From an uncultured Candidatus Saccharibacteria bacterium (GTDB lineage: Bacteria > Patescibacteriota > Minisyncoccia > Phycocordibacterales > UBA918): a stretch of 64,000 nt of DNA. How positions within the stretch are numbered: the stretch's first letter is position 1; each line of letters begins with the position of its first letter. Position numbers and translations under genes: made by a program. The stretch is from NCBI GenBank assembly GCA_964402035.1, contig CAYOAM010000002.1, positions 106,111 to 170,110 of the forward strand, in the 5' to 3' direction. The notes under the pieces are model-generated. The model worked only from the letters and a program-made list of their open reading frames with translations, searched no databases and was not told where the DNA came from. Below, one piece after another: positions 37,961 to 48,093 of this stretch.

Positions 37961-39316
37961 TTATAATTTTCCTAAAACGAACGACGCGATGGTGGTTGCG
38001 GAGCAACCAACGTGGTCGTTTCCATAGAGATCGCGCACACGTTGCCGCTCCTGCCCATGGATCGAAGAATCTTTGAGATATTGATCAATAGCGGCACGCA
38101 CCTCCGCATCGGTTCCAGCAAGAGTGATGCCACCGAGTTTCAACAAATCACGATAGAAAATATGTTTATACAGGTTTATCGTCGAATCTTTACCGCTACG
38201 TTCAATATACGCTCGAGCCGTAAGATTGATAACTGGCTTATCACACGATATTGCATCGAGCGATAATGTTGAACGCACGGAGATCAACACATCGAGCGCA
38301 TGCATAACACTCACAAAATAATCCATCTCTTCCCCATTGGAATACCACAGATCAGGAAACCCTTCGACGGTTCGCATGTCATCAAAGACAAACACATTCG
38401 GTATACCCTTAAAGGCGTTGAAGTGATGGTTGGCAATATTCCCAATATGCGGACGCACAATCAGCGAACATGGTTCGGAAAAGGTGTCTTTCTCTATCCA
38501 TGAAATGAGCTTTGCTACAATCTCATCATCATTTGAAGACCACACACCCTCTGATCCAAAAAAAAGTATTTTGCGCGATGGGTCGAGTCCCATCTGCGCA
38601 CATATTTCCTCACGAGAATATTTTGGTTTCTTGTGGTAAAAATCAAACGCTGGAAAGCCACTCACGAGAATATTTTCTGCTTTGTATCCTTGATACTTTT
38701 TTGCATAACCAACCATCGGCTCAATTTGCGTGATCAAATAATCTGCCTTGACCTGCAAATAATACTTATCAAGATTATCCCAACCCTTGGTCATCGCGAT
38801 CGATATCGCAGCATGTCGTCGGGCAGCTTTCACGAATGCCACGTCAATTTTGGCCAAAATATTGGACGCCAAGACTACATCAGGCTTGTACGTTTCAAAA
38901 TAATGATCAAAGGTAGTATCAGGAAAAAAGCGCACATTTATAAACTGAATGATCTCGCGAATATACGGCACACAATCCAATAAAAATAGTAACGGGAATA
39001 GTGCAGCATAGAGCCACCCGAATTGGCGTGCTTTTCCGGATCCGTAGTAGGCAAGATTGATGCTGGTCGCATTGATGAGCACGTACCGAGAGAAAAAGAC
39101 AAATGCTTTCCTAAGTCGAGTGTACGCGACATCGCGACAGCTCTCAAATATAAGTCGCTCGTGTACATGCTCGCGTACCATAAAATCTTTTGCTCCGTGC
39201 GGCACAAATGCAACTACACGGACATGGGGATCTTTGAGTAATTCAGCCACGATACCTGTAGTAAACAGCGTACGCGCCAAGTACCCCTGCGACACCGTAA
39301 CAAAGATTGTTTTCAT
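37961..39316 (-). CDS. TagB/TagF (CDP-glycerol glycerophosphotransferase)-like GT-B transferase
   Basis: WDNL, GFPAFD, ILFFGS, LIVRPH, STLSLDA...KPVI. Confidence 0.7.
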   Translation of the reverse strand: MKTIFVTVSQGYLARTLFTTGIVAELLKDPHVRVVAFVPHGAKDFMVREHVHERLIFESCRDVAYTRLRKAFVFFSRYVLINATSINLAYYGSGKARQFGWLYAALFPLLFLLDCVPYIREIIQFINVRFFPDTTFDHYFETYKPDVVLASNILAKIDVAFVKAARRHAAISIAMTKGWDNLDKYYLQVKADYLITQIEPMVGYAKKYQGYKAENILVSGFPAFDFYHKKPKYSREEICAQMGLDPSRKILFFGSEGVWSSNDDEIVAKLISWIEKDTFSEPCSLIVRPHIGNIANHHFNAFKGIPNVFVFDDMRTVEGFPDLWYSNGEEMDYFVSVMHALDVLISVRSTLSLDAISCDKPVINLTARAYIERSGKDSTINLYKHIFYRDLLKLGGITLAGTDAEVRAAIDQYLKDSSIHGQERQRVRDLYGNDHVGCSATTIASFVLGKL

Positions 39317-39324
39317 GAAGCGGT

Positions 39325-40014
39325 CTACGTTGCCTTTCGTTTGAGAATAAAGAGTACTTTGTTACCAAAGAGCGACGGCGGTAGAAATCGAATTTTAAAT
39401 GGAAGCAATGGGAGTTTCAAAAATGAATTTCCTGGAATTTCCTTTACCAATTCAAACTGTCTATAAAAGCATTTTCCGAATACTTCTTTTGGCAACACCA
39501 TAATATGATCGTTGTGCGCGGTGTACCCATCAAGATTTCCACCAAACAAAAAATTGAACTTAGATTTCATGTTGTAGATATATGGCAGCGTCACCAAGAG
39601 ATACCCTCCTGGTTTTAAAACGCGCGCGCACTCCCGGGCAAAATGAAACGCATTTTCGACATGCTCCAAAAACGCCAGCCCAGTAACTACATCCATCGAT
39701 CCGTCTGCAAACGATAGTTTTTCACTATTGATATTTGTTTGTGAAAAACCGCCGAGATCTGCAAGCTTGATATCAGAAAGATAATTCTGCAAATCTGCCC
39801 CATGTAGGTGTTTATACCCTTCCTTTTTTAGATCCGCAAGAAATGCACCACCACCTGCCCCGATATCAAGGATGCGTGCATCTTTAGATACTATGCGCGC
39901 AAGTTCACCGACAGCAACGCCTTCGCGGGATGCCCAACTCACTTTGTCGGCATAGTATGCCTTGTAATCGCTATTTTTCTCCGAAATATTTTCCGGCGTA
40001 CGGTATACGGGCAT
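39325..40014 (-). CDS. Class I SAM-dependent methyltransferase
   Basis: ILDIGAGGG, LEHVEN, RVLKPGG. Confidence 0.9.
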   Translation of the reverse strand: MPVYRTPENISEKNSDYKAYYADKVSWASREGVAVGELARIVSKDARILDIGAGGGAFLADLKKEGYKHLHGADLQNYLSDIKLADLGGFSQTNINSEKLSFADGSMDVVTGLAFLEHVENAFHFARECARVLKPGGYLLVTLPYIYNMKSKFNFLFGGNLDGYTAHNDHIMVLPKEVFGKCFYRQFELVKEIPGNSFLKLPLLPFKIRFLPPSLFGNKVLFILKRKAT

Positions 40015-40020
40015 AGGTAA

Positions 40021-41403
40021 TTAATTATTTAATATCTTTTCTACAACACTGAAAAAACGTTCTCCTGATCGTCCATCGTACTTGTAACAAAAGGTTTCAA
40101 GCAGATGTTTCCGTTCAGTGCTCTTATAGGTCGCGTCGGTCAAATACTGATTGATGGCATTGTACAACATTTCCTTGTTTTGAACCTCAGTGGTTGCTTT
40201 AAAGGAGAGTATCTTGCTGTAGTAATACGTCTCATACCACCTTCTGATAGAGCTCCGATACGGCTTTTGAATATAGCCGTCAAACATAATGCTGATGACA
40301 GGAGTATCAAACGGCAACACATCAAGCGTAAGAGACGAGTGTACGTTGATATCGATATCTGTGTGATAAATGGTATTAAGAAACCTATCCATTGATGCAG
40401 TAGAATAATCCCACTCATCGCGAAAAGCGCGCGACGGTTCATTCTGCAGATCAACAACAACGTCAGGTTTTCCAAACAAATGCTTAAATTTCTGTTCGTC
40501 CTGTTTAAATCCATAGTGCGGTCGAATCAAGAGCTGGCACGGCTGCTCTAAGAGCCCCTTCTCAATTGCAGTATATATAACCGACGAAAGCTCACTATCC
40601 TCTTTAAATAATTTTCCCTCTGACGTAAACAGCAAGATTTTTTTCTTTGGATCTAAACCGTACGCAGCACAAAAGGCTTCACGTGTCTGTAACCGTGTGC
40701 TGTCTATATAATAATCAAACTGCGGTACCCCAATGATGCTGATCTGTGCATCCGAATAATTTTGAAATTTCTTCATCTCTTCGGCCATAAGGGTATTCCA
40801 TACGATGACCATGTCCGCCTTCGCACGAAACCCATTTTTATTTGGATTATCCCAACTTTTTGGCATAGCGAGAGAATACACGCGCTCCCGCCTAGCAGCT
40901 TTGAGGAGCGCAGCCTCAGCGTCATCTCCCATATTGGTCACAATAACCATATCGGCTTTTTGCTCACGCAAAAAATGCTGCCAGTGACTGACAGCAGGCC
41001 GCTGCGCAAAGTAAAAATCAAGCACTCGGACAAAATCTCGCAGTATGGTGACGCGCGAGAGAACAGAAAATATAACTTTCTTTATGAAATAAATGGGATA
41101 GAAAACTCGCATGGATTTTGGATCTCCAATAATTCCCCATCGGGCTTTTTGATTGACCGTCGAATTGTAGATCAAGTATTTATGGAAAAAGAAAAGAATT
41201 AAATCAAGTGGCCCTCGATCGAGCACCTCCTGATCAAACATCTCCACGTTCGCATGTGCGAATTCCTTCAGAAAACGTGGATCCTCAAACGCTGGTGTCA
41301 CCAACAAAACACGATACTTCTCGCGAAGTAATCGATAGAAATCATTCTGCAAAATATTACGTGCTATAGATCCACGCGAAATTGTTAGCACGACCGTTTT
41401 CAT
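40021..41403 (-). CDS. TagB/TagF-like GT-B transferase (paralog of 37961..39316)
   Basis: SWDNP, GVPQFD, LLIRPH, SSLTLD...PVI. Confidence 0.7.
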   Translation of the reverse strand: MKTVVLTISRGSIARNILQNDFYRLLREKYRVLLVTPAFEDPRFLKEFAHANVEMFDQEVLDRGPLDLILFFFHKYLIYNSTVNQKARWGIIGDPKSMRVFYPIYFIKKVIFSVLSRVTILRDFVRVLDFYFAQRPAVSHWQHFLREQKADMVIVTNMGDDAEAALLKAARRERVYSLAMPKSWDNPNKNGFRAKADMVIVWNTLMAEEMKKFQNYSDAQISIIGVPQFDYYIDSTRLQTREAFCAAYGLDPKKKILLFTSEGKLFKEDSELSSVIYTAIEKGLLEQPCQLLIRPHYGFKQDEQKFKHLFGKPDVVVDLQNEPSRAFRDEWDYSTASMDRFLNTIYHTDIDINVHSSLTLDVLPFDTPVISIMFDGYIQKPYRSSIRRWYETYYYSKILSFKATTEVQNKEMLYNAINQYLTDATYKSTERKHLLETFCYKYDGRSGERFFSVVEKILNN

Positions 41404-42299
41404 ACAGTTGTGCTGTTTTGCTTGCCATATGCCTGCCCTGGCGGTAGTTGTTGCGGAGAAAGTGAGGCGTCGAGCATGAGCGTCAACGTATCTCGGTACC
41501 CTCTTTTGGCATAATTTCCTTTGTGAATTACCTTGTCACTAAAAATAAGGAGTGTACCTGCAGCTCCGGTCACCTTATACGTTTCATATCCGTTTCGTAG
41601 ATACTCTTCAATCACTTCTTTTGGAACTCTTCCATTTGGGTATCGCGGTGGATATGTCGACGGTACATAGACAGGCTCCTTCGTTTCTTTGTGACGGAGG
41701 TACTCAAACGGTGCATTCTCTTCGGTAACATCATTGAGATAAAGCATCACCTTCATCTCACTATCAAAGTGGTGATCGGTATGCCACAACGTTGAGGATT
41801 TTTCCTCAAGAGTACATGCCAGAACGCGTGCAATATCGGACAGCACGATCTGGGCATGAGAGCCATACACACGCTCCTCAATTTGAGGAAATAAAAATGA
41901 CACATATTCTTTTAAGTACGGTAGATCAAATGCACTGCGAACCTTTACGTTGCGAACAGTACCACGCTGTATCTCAGCCTGCAGTTTCTTTTCATCAAAT
42001 TGCAATAGATTATTGAGGACACCATCCCCTGTCTCAACGAGACGGCACTCAGGTATCGTAAGTCGTTGCCGTATCTCAGCATACATACCCTCTACGATAT
42101 GCGAGTAGTTCTCCGGAAATCTAATCAGCGATCCTCCAAGTGAAGGGTGAGCCACCTGTACACCAAGAGTCATAGGTCCCCTATAGAGAGGTGCTTCTTT
42201 TCGGTGTCTGATGCGATACCAAAAACGAGCGAGTACATAGCGCACTCCACTATGCCATTTTCGAATATTGAGAATTATGTTTTTGCGACTCACCTGCAT
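41400..42299 (-). CDS. 2OG-Fe(II)/PhyH-like dioxygenase
   Basis: WHTD (HxD), KVMLYLNDV..ENAPF, GAAGTLLIF...IHKG...R. Confidence 0.8.
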   Translation of the reverse strand: MQVSRKNIILNIRKWHSGVRYVLARFWYRIRHRKEAPLYRGPMTLGVQVAHPSLGGSLIRFPENYSHIVEGMYAEIRQRLTIPECRLVETGDGVLNNLLQFDEKKLQAEIQRGTVRNVKVRSAFDLPYLKEYVSFLFPQIEERVYGSHAQIVLSDIARVLACTLEEKSSTLWHTDHHFDSEMKVMLYLNDVTEENAPFEYLRHKETKEPVYVPSTYPPRYPNGRVPKEVIEEYLRNGYETYKVTGAAGTLLIFSDKVIHKGNYAKRGYRDTLTLMLDASLSPQQLPPGQAYGKQNSTTV

Positions 42300-42300
42300 A

Positions 42301-42978
42301 TTATTCTTTTATAATGTAATACTTTCCCGTGCTTACATCTCGCTTTATATTCTTTATACGATCGCCAAAAAATTCATCAATTGCTTTCTGTGCGCCGGGA
42401 TACTTCGTATGCTCAGTTGTATTCAGATACTCATCAAACAAGATAATTCCTCCCGGGGCTACTTTTGGATACAACATACGCAACGGATCTTTGTATGATT
42501 CGTAGAGATCTCCATCAAGATGCAAAAGTGCAATCCCCTCTCCGCGATACTTTGAAAGGCTTTCATTAAAAAAACCTTTAATGAGGGTGATTTGAGATCG
42601 GACGAATTCTACAGGCAGTCCCGCAGAAACAAAAAAAGCGGTCACCGATTCAATACTGTGCAAATCTTTATCACCTTTCTTTACATTTCTAATGCTCTGA
42701 TCTTCCTTAACAGGCTCAGGAAATCCGGCAAATGAATCAAAGCCCCAGATTTTTCTTCGACTGCCTTCGTCATGAGTCAAAAATGCAAGCATGAGTACGC
42801 TTCGTCCACGACCAACACCACACTCGACAATATCACCCTTGATATTGTGTACGATATCAAGCATGCGCTTCAAATAGAGAAATTTTGCTGCATTTGTGAG
42901 ATTGAAGGGATGGACATAACTTGACGGTGCATGATCTGCATTTCTGATACGTCGTATGATTGCATGTATATAATTCAT
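42301..42978 (-). CDS. TylF/MycF/NovP-family O-methyltransferase
   Basis: GDIVECGVGRG, GFDSFAGFP, LHLDGDLYES, GGIILFDEY. Confidence 0.92.
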   Translation of the reverse strand: MNYIHAIIRRIRNADHAPSSYVHPFNLTNAAKFLYLKRMLDIVHNIKGDIVECGVGRGRSVLMLAFLTHDEGSRRKIWGFDSFAGFPEPVKEDQSIRNVKKGDKDLHSIESVTAFFVSAGLPVEFVRSQITLIKGFFNESLSKYRGEGIALLHLDGDLYESYKDPLRMLYPKVAPGGIILFDEYLNTTEHTKYPGAQKAIDEFFGDRIKNIKRDVSTGKYYIIKE

Positions 42979-43016
42979 ATGGGGGTATTATCGTATAACA
43001 GCGGCCGTGGGGCAAC

Positions 43017-44372
43017 TTATAACCATCCAAACAACCGCGTACGTAGTTGTGCAAGTAGCACTCTATCGTGCTCGTCAAAGCGAACCAATGCCTTCCAATC
43101 GAGTAGCGAAAAATGTAGACGAGTAATGAGGACATACTCCCTAAATGCTCCATTGAGGAAACTCACGAGCAAGGAGGAGAGTATCACTCCACGGGCACCA
43201 AATAGCAGGATACATACGAGCTGAGAGACCGCAGACATCACCGATGAGGCAAGACTAAGAGCAAAATTCAATTTTTGTTTCTTGAGGCTATAGAGCACAG
43301 CCGACTGACCGAGCGTTAAGACGTCTATAAATATGCGCAGCATAGCAAGGTCAATCAACATAACCGCAGCACCATATTGTGGGGAAAAAATATCTATGAC
43401 TGGCCTGATAAAAAGGACGACTCCAAAATAGAACACAATTGCAATCATCATGCTGTATTTTTTTACCTTCGTTGCGATGACAATCGCCAACTCCTTACTC
43501 GTCGCTATACTATGCGACAAGATGGGAAAGAGTGTCCCTCGAACCGGAAAGAGCGCACCAAAGATACTGCTCACCTTTTGTGCAAACGCTACAATCGCAA
43601 CACTCTCTGTCGATACCAAAAAATTGACGAGCCAAGGACCAATGTTGTCGGTGATAGTAAGCGACAAACTCGAAAACATTTCCCATTTCCCATGCTTGCG
43701 TACGATATTCATTAAAATACCTCGGTACTCGCGAATGACTTCAGCTTCATGAGGAAACAGATGCGCCACCCCAAATATGCTCACAGACGCGGTAACACAT
43801 TTTGCGATGACATATGCCCAGAGTACCGAATGCAAAGAAAAACCAATCCATAGATACAAACTGCACACCGCAATCGTACGAATCAATGCCTCTCCAGTCT
43901 TTTGTGCCAATGAAAAATCAAAACGCTCATAGGCTTCAAACACCACCGATGTCAGATTGAGAACCACCTGCCCAATAATAAGAAACACCAGCGCCCAATA
44001 GAATGGGGTCAAGTTTGCATCATAGTAGTGCGATATCCCCTCTTTAAAGAGCCACGAAACAGCGAAGAGAAGCACAAGTACTACCGCAACAGCAACACTG
44101 TACTCACGAACCAGTTCTTTGATACGACCAAACTCTTTTTGTGCTCGATACACGGCGATATCCGCAACCATCAGTCGATCCATACCCATAAGCGCAATCA
44201 CGGTGCCGGGTGATATAACCGTAAAAAGCAAGTGCAGCAGCCCAAAGTCCTTTAGAGATAATTCGTTGACGATGACAAAAAAAGACACCAGCGAAAAGAG
44301 ATGCGTACTCACCTGCTCAAGTGCATTGAGCGCCACGCCGCCTAAAATTCGCCGTTTTAATGTAGCAACCAT
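43017..44372 (-). CDS. Wzx/MOP-family oligosaccharide flippase
   Basis: About 12 TM helices, LSLKDFGL early motif, glycan-cluster context. Confidence 0.8.
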   Translation of the reverse strand: MVATLKRRILGGVALNALEQVSTHLFSLVSFFVIVNELSLKDFGLLHLLFTVISPGTVIALMGMDRLMVADIAVYRAQKEFGRIKELVREYSVAVAVVLVLLFAVSWLFKEGISHYYDANLTPFYWALVFLIIGQVVLNLTSVVFEAYERFDFSLAQKTGEALIRTIAVCSLYLWIGFSLHSVLWAYVIAKCVTASVSIFGVAHLFPHEAEVIREYRGILMNIVRKHGKWEMFSSLSLTITDNIGPWLVNFLVSTESVAIVAFAQKVSSIFGALFPVRGTLFPILSHSIATSKELAIVIATKVKKYSMMIAIVFYFGVVLFIRPVIDIFSPQYGAAVMLIDLAMLRIFIDVLTLGQSAVLYSLKKQKLNFALSLASSVMSAVSQLVCILLFGARGVILSSLLVSFLNGAFREYVLITRLHFSLLDWKALVRFDEHDRVLLAQLRTRLFGWL

Positions 44373-44377
44373 GTTCG

Positions 44378-45241
44378 TTAATCGTTGCGGGGCGCACCCG
44401 ATGATTTTTGTCCGCGCATATGTCGATAGAGCTGTATGAAGCGGTAATATCCAATATAGGCACTATATCGCGCATTACGAGCCACCTGGCTTATCGGCAT
44501 AGATCTCTGATAACCATGCCGCATATAGAGCCATAAAGAATAGAGGATAATATAGATCGCGCGCGCAAAATTTTCGCCTATGCTCGAGAGTAGATTCCAT
44601 GGACGTGGTTTCTTGTATAACTCATCCGAAAACATGCGCGTACGTACAATATCAAGATACCGATTATCTTTTGCAATCGACGCTTGGTAGGTACCGGGTG
44701 CGTAACTCCAGATCGGATGTGTTAGCGTTTCTATCGTGACATGATCAGGAGCAACAACACTCTCGTGAATTGTTTTCCCCGGGATCAAGGCAACGCCACT
44801 TTTCGGTGCATACAAGCGTATTAAGTATGAGGGATACGAATAGGCATACTCTGCTTTATGAGTTCCGAATATAACTTTATTCTGTATTTGATACGCGGTA
44901 TTCATGCTAGGTTTTTTTGAAAAAATAGCTCGAATCTCATCGGTCAATGCAGGCGAAAGATACTCGTCTGAGTCAAAATCGAGTAGCCATTCAGTCTTGA
45001 TCATGCTGTACGCGCGATTGCGAACCGCGGTAAAATCCTTGATGCGCACATTTGGCTCATCACTATCTACCTGTTTATAAATAGGGCGTCCGTATTTCTT
45101 CGCAATCTCATGTGTTCGATCCGTGCTGTTGCCATCAACAATAAATACATCTTCAAAGTCGACAAGACTCGCAAGGCACTGATCGAGATTCTTTTCCGCA
45201 TTAAGCGTCAATATAGGAACAGAGCAAGGGATTTTCTGCAT
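44378..45241 (-). CDS. Glycosyltransferase family 2
   Basis: SVPILTLNAE, VDGNSTDRT, DSDE; likely start MQKIP at 45241. Confidence 0.9.
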   Translation of the reverse strand: MQKIPCSVPILTLNAEKNLDQCLASLVDFEDVFIVDGNSTDRTHEIAKKYGRPIYKQVDSDEPNVRIKDFTAVRNRAYSMIKTEWLLDFDSDEYLSPALTDEIRAIFSKKPSMNTAYQIQNKVIFGTHKAEYAYSYPSYLIRLYAPKSGVALIPGKTIHESVVAPDHVTIETLTHPIWSYAPGTYQASIAKDNRYLDIVRTRMFSDELYKKPRPWNLLSSIGENFARAIYIILYSLWLYMRHGYQRSMPISQVARNARYSAYIGYYRFIQLYRHMRGQKSSGAPRND

Positions 45242-45242
45242 A

Positions 45243-45974
45243 TTATTTTTTGACCGCACAAATCACCGTTTCCGCACAGAGACGTGGATCTACCTCAAAG
45301 CCAACTTTATAAAATCCTTCAATCATATCTTCCGATAACTCCAACATCTTTGCATTTGGAAAGGGCTTCAAAAACACTCCCGCATGATGTGCGACCTCTA
45401 AACCGGACGCCTCAACATCGGCACGCAACGTGTCAAAAGTATACACCAGTTGATGATTAAACATTTCGCGATCACGCGCAGACAGTTCAGTAGCGTCTTT
45501 CACAATCTCCATAGCTTTCCCTACGCGTCGATGGAGTGAAAGTCCATTGTGCGATGTAATAAAGATAAAACCACCGGGCGTTAGCCACGATGAGATCGTC
45601 TTGAGAAACGCTATCGGATCTTTGAGTGCTGGCAGAACACCCGCAAGCAAAATAGTGTCGTATTTTTTTGATGGCTTAAAATTCTCAAAAAAAGAGTGGT
45701 GGAACGATGCCCGAGTATATTCCTCTGGAAATGCACGCCTGATCCGCTCAGCGGTAAAAAGCACTTGCTCCTCTGAGGCGTCCACAACATCAAGAGACGC
45801 CGTGTTTGGAAACACCCACTCCGTCATGAGTCCTGTCGCACACCCTAACTCGAGAGTGTCACCGAGATTCTCACGGTATTTCCACAGTTCGTTGCACTTA
45901 TATTTCAAAAGGTACCGATCAAAATCTTTCTCGTTGTCGTACCGCGCAGCGTATGACTCATAATCGAAGGTCAT
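45243..45974 (-). CDS. Class I SAM-dependent methyltransferase
   Basis: LELGCATG, YDTILL, LTPGG. Confidence 0.88.
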   Translation of the reverse strand: MTFDYESYAARYDNEKDFDRYLLKYKCNELWKYRENLGDTLELGCATGLMTEWVFPNTASLDVVDASEEQVLFTAERIRRAFPEEYTRASFHHSFFENFKPSKKYDTILLAGVLPALKDPIAFLKTISSWLTPGGFIFITSHNGLSLHRRVGKAMEIVKDATELSARDREMFNHQLVYTFDTLRADVEASGLEVAHHAGVFLKPFPNAKMLELSEDMIEGFYKVGFEVDPRLCAETVICAVKK

Positions 45975-47083
45975 GCCGTTTCCTTAAAAAACTCCTTGAT
46001 CGTATCGGTGACAAAGAGTACCTGCGCGTACGTAAGCTCCGCATACATTGGGAGCGACAGAATTCTTCGCGCAAGCGTTTCAGTGTGTGGAAACGCCCCT
46101 TCAGCATACCCCAGATGGCGGTACGGTTGTGCAAGATGAATCGGGTTTGGATAATGAATACCTGTATGGATATCATGCTCCTTCAGGTACGCCTGCAGTT
46201 GGTCGCGTCTCCCGGTTTGTATGACAAAAAGATGGTAATTCCCCTTTGAATAAGAAGGCTCAATCGGCAACGCCACATCACCGACACCCATAAGGAGACG
46301 CGCGTAGGTTCTCGCGTGCGTACGACGCATTTCATTCCACGCATCAAGATGCGGAAGTTTGACCCCAAGAACTGCTCCTTCGATTCCGCTCATACGAAAA
46401 TTCCCACCAAGCACCTCGTGCGTGTACTTCACCCTACTTCCATGATCTCGCATGAGACGCACGCGATCTGCGAGAGCAGCATCGTCGGTTGCGATAGCAC
46501 CACCTTCTCCGTATGTTCCCAAATTTTTCCCTGCATAAAAACTAAAAGTACTTGCAGTACTCCCACCACCGATCTTTGTCCCTTTGTATAGTGTACCGTG
46601 AGCCTGCGCTGCATCTTCGAGGAGAAAAATATTCTTTTCTGCTGCGAGCGCCCGGAGCGGGTCAAGGTCAACGGACTGCCCGTAGAGATGCACAGGCATG
46701 ATCGCTTTTGTGCGCGCAGTGATCTTCTCGCGAACTCGCAATGCATCTATATGGTAGGTAACCGGATCCACATCCACAAAGACCGGTGTAGCTCCAACGA
46801 ATGAGATTGCGGCTGCGGTCGCAATAAACGTGTGTGCTGGAATAATTACTTCGTCACGCGGACCAATATCGAGCGCGCGCAAGACAAGCTGAATCGCATT
46901 TGTGCCGTCAGAGACAGCAACCACATGTCCAACTCCCAAGTACTCCTGAAACGCTTTCTCGAAGGCGGCAACGGCTGGCCCCGACGCATACGCCGAAGTA
47001 TCGAGGATGTGATGAATTGCTTCATCAATATCCTTTTTTATAGATTGATATTGGGCTTGTAAATCAAGAAATGGTACGTGCAT
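45971..47083 (-). CDS. DegT/DnrJ/EryC1/StrS PLP-dependent aminotransferase
   Basis: PVHLYGQ, EDAAQAHG, SFYAGKNLG (Schiff-base Lys), LSLPM. Confidence 0.95.
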   Translation of the reverse strand: MHVPFLDLQAQYQSIKKDIDEAIHHILDTSAYASGPAVAAFEKAFQEYLGVGHVVAVSDGTNAIQLVLRALDIGPRDEVIIPAHTFIATAAAISFVGATPVFVDVDPVTYHIDALRVREKITARTKAIMPVHLYGQSVDLDPLRALAAEKNIFLLEDAAQAHGTLYKGTKIGGGSTASTFSFYAGKNLGTYGEGGAIATDDAALADRVRLMRDHGSRVKYTHEVLGGNFRMSGIEGAVLGVKLPHLDAWNEMRRTHARTYARLLMGVGDVALPIEPSYSKGNYHLFVIQTGRRDQLQAYLKEHDIHTGIHYPNPIHLAQPYRHLGYAEGAFPHTETLARRILSLPMYAELTYAQVLFVTDTIKEFFKETA

Positions 47084-47124
47084 ATATCCCTATAACTACA
47101 AAATAGCAGTATATAGTATCAACC

Positions 47125-47165
47125 TTTAAAAAAGAAAACCCCCGCAGCGCGTAGTGGCTGCGGGG
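47125..47165 (-). terminator. Terminator hairpin, copy 1 of a 41-bp direct repeat
   Basis: TTTAAAAAAGAAAACCCCCGCAGCGCGTAGTGGCTGCGGGG; hairpin plus U-tract on the minus strand. Confidence 0.8.
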
Positions 47166-47172
47166 AGTGTTA

Positions 47173-47970
47173 TCACGCGAAGATTTCTTCAAGAGACGGT
47201 GCGGAGAATTTCCCCCTCTCATCTCCTGGATTCCGCCCAGGGAGCGCCAATGTCCATTGGCGTGTATCTTCGTCAAAACTGCAGACGACAAGATGACCAT
47301 TGGGTATGGTTCGCTGCGTGTTAAAACGACGGCGCAAAAGAAGATTGACCGTGTCTTCGTGTGCAGTCACTATGACCACATCCGTTCCAGAGAGTCCGCG
47401 TGCCAACTCCATCAAAGTAGCACATGCTCGGCGGTCAACCTCCCCGTAGTCTTCTTCAAAGACCGCCCGCATGCCGCCCTCAAGATGAAGAATCTCCTTG
47501 ATAACCATTGGATGAACGACGGTGTTATGGGGTGGATTTTTCCCAGGGTTCTCTTTATTCCACTTTTTATGCCACGCGTCATCTGCTTCAATCCATAGAC
47601 GAGAATCGAAGCCTGAATTCATCGTGATATTGCGTACACCGAGTGCAAATGGAATGTCCCCTCGGTTGTTGCTCACCACATATCCTTTTTGTCGTAACGA
47701 ATCCTCAATCACGAGTGCGGTGCTATGTGCACGCCACTGCGGACTGGTGACCAGTCTGACCGATTGTGTGGGTGCTACAATCGTTGCAATTTGGTCCGCC
47801 CCCTCTCTGCATTCAATGATGCCTGGACCAGTGAGATCCAAAAATTCCGGTGTAAGATGAAGGTTCTTCCGATATGGCATAAATTGCCACCCGGGTGTGC
47901 GATGCAGCTCGTCGTATCGACTTGCTCCATGCCGCACGAAAATCGCCGCACGTTTCCTGGATCTGGACAT
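47173..47970 (-). CDS. Histidine phosphatase superfamily protein
   Basis: FVRHG, TSP..RA..TA, VTAH. Confidence 0.85.
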   Translation of the reverse strand: MSRSRKRAAIFVRHGASRYDELHRTPGWQFMPYRKNLHLTPEFLDLTGPGIIECREGADQIATIVAPTQSVRLVTSPQWRAHSTALVIEDSLRQKGYVVSNNRGDIPFALGVRNITMNSGFDSRLWIEADDAWHKKWNKENPGKNPPHNTVVHPMVIKEILHLEGGMRAVFEEDYGEVDRRACATLMELARGLSGTDVVIVTAHEDTVNLLLRRRFNTQRTIPNGHLVVCSFDEDTRQWTLALPGRNPGDERGKFSAPSLEEIFA

Positions 47971-48022
47971 AGAACAACCTTTTTGTTGTAAGGATTATGC
48001 TGTTTGGATTATAACACAGAAT

Positions 48023-48063
48023 TTTAAAAAATAAAACCCCCGCAGCGCGTAATGGCTGCAGGG
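48023..48063 (-). terminator. Terminator hairpin, copy 2 (3 mismatches to 47125-47165)
   Basis: TTTAAAAAATAAAACCCCCGCAGCGCGTAATGGCTGCAGGG. Confidence 0.8.
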
Positions 48064-48093
48064 GGTTGAAGGGTTGGAGACGGTTGCGTAATA

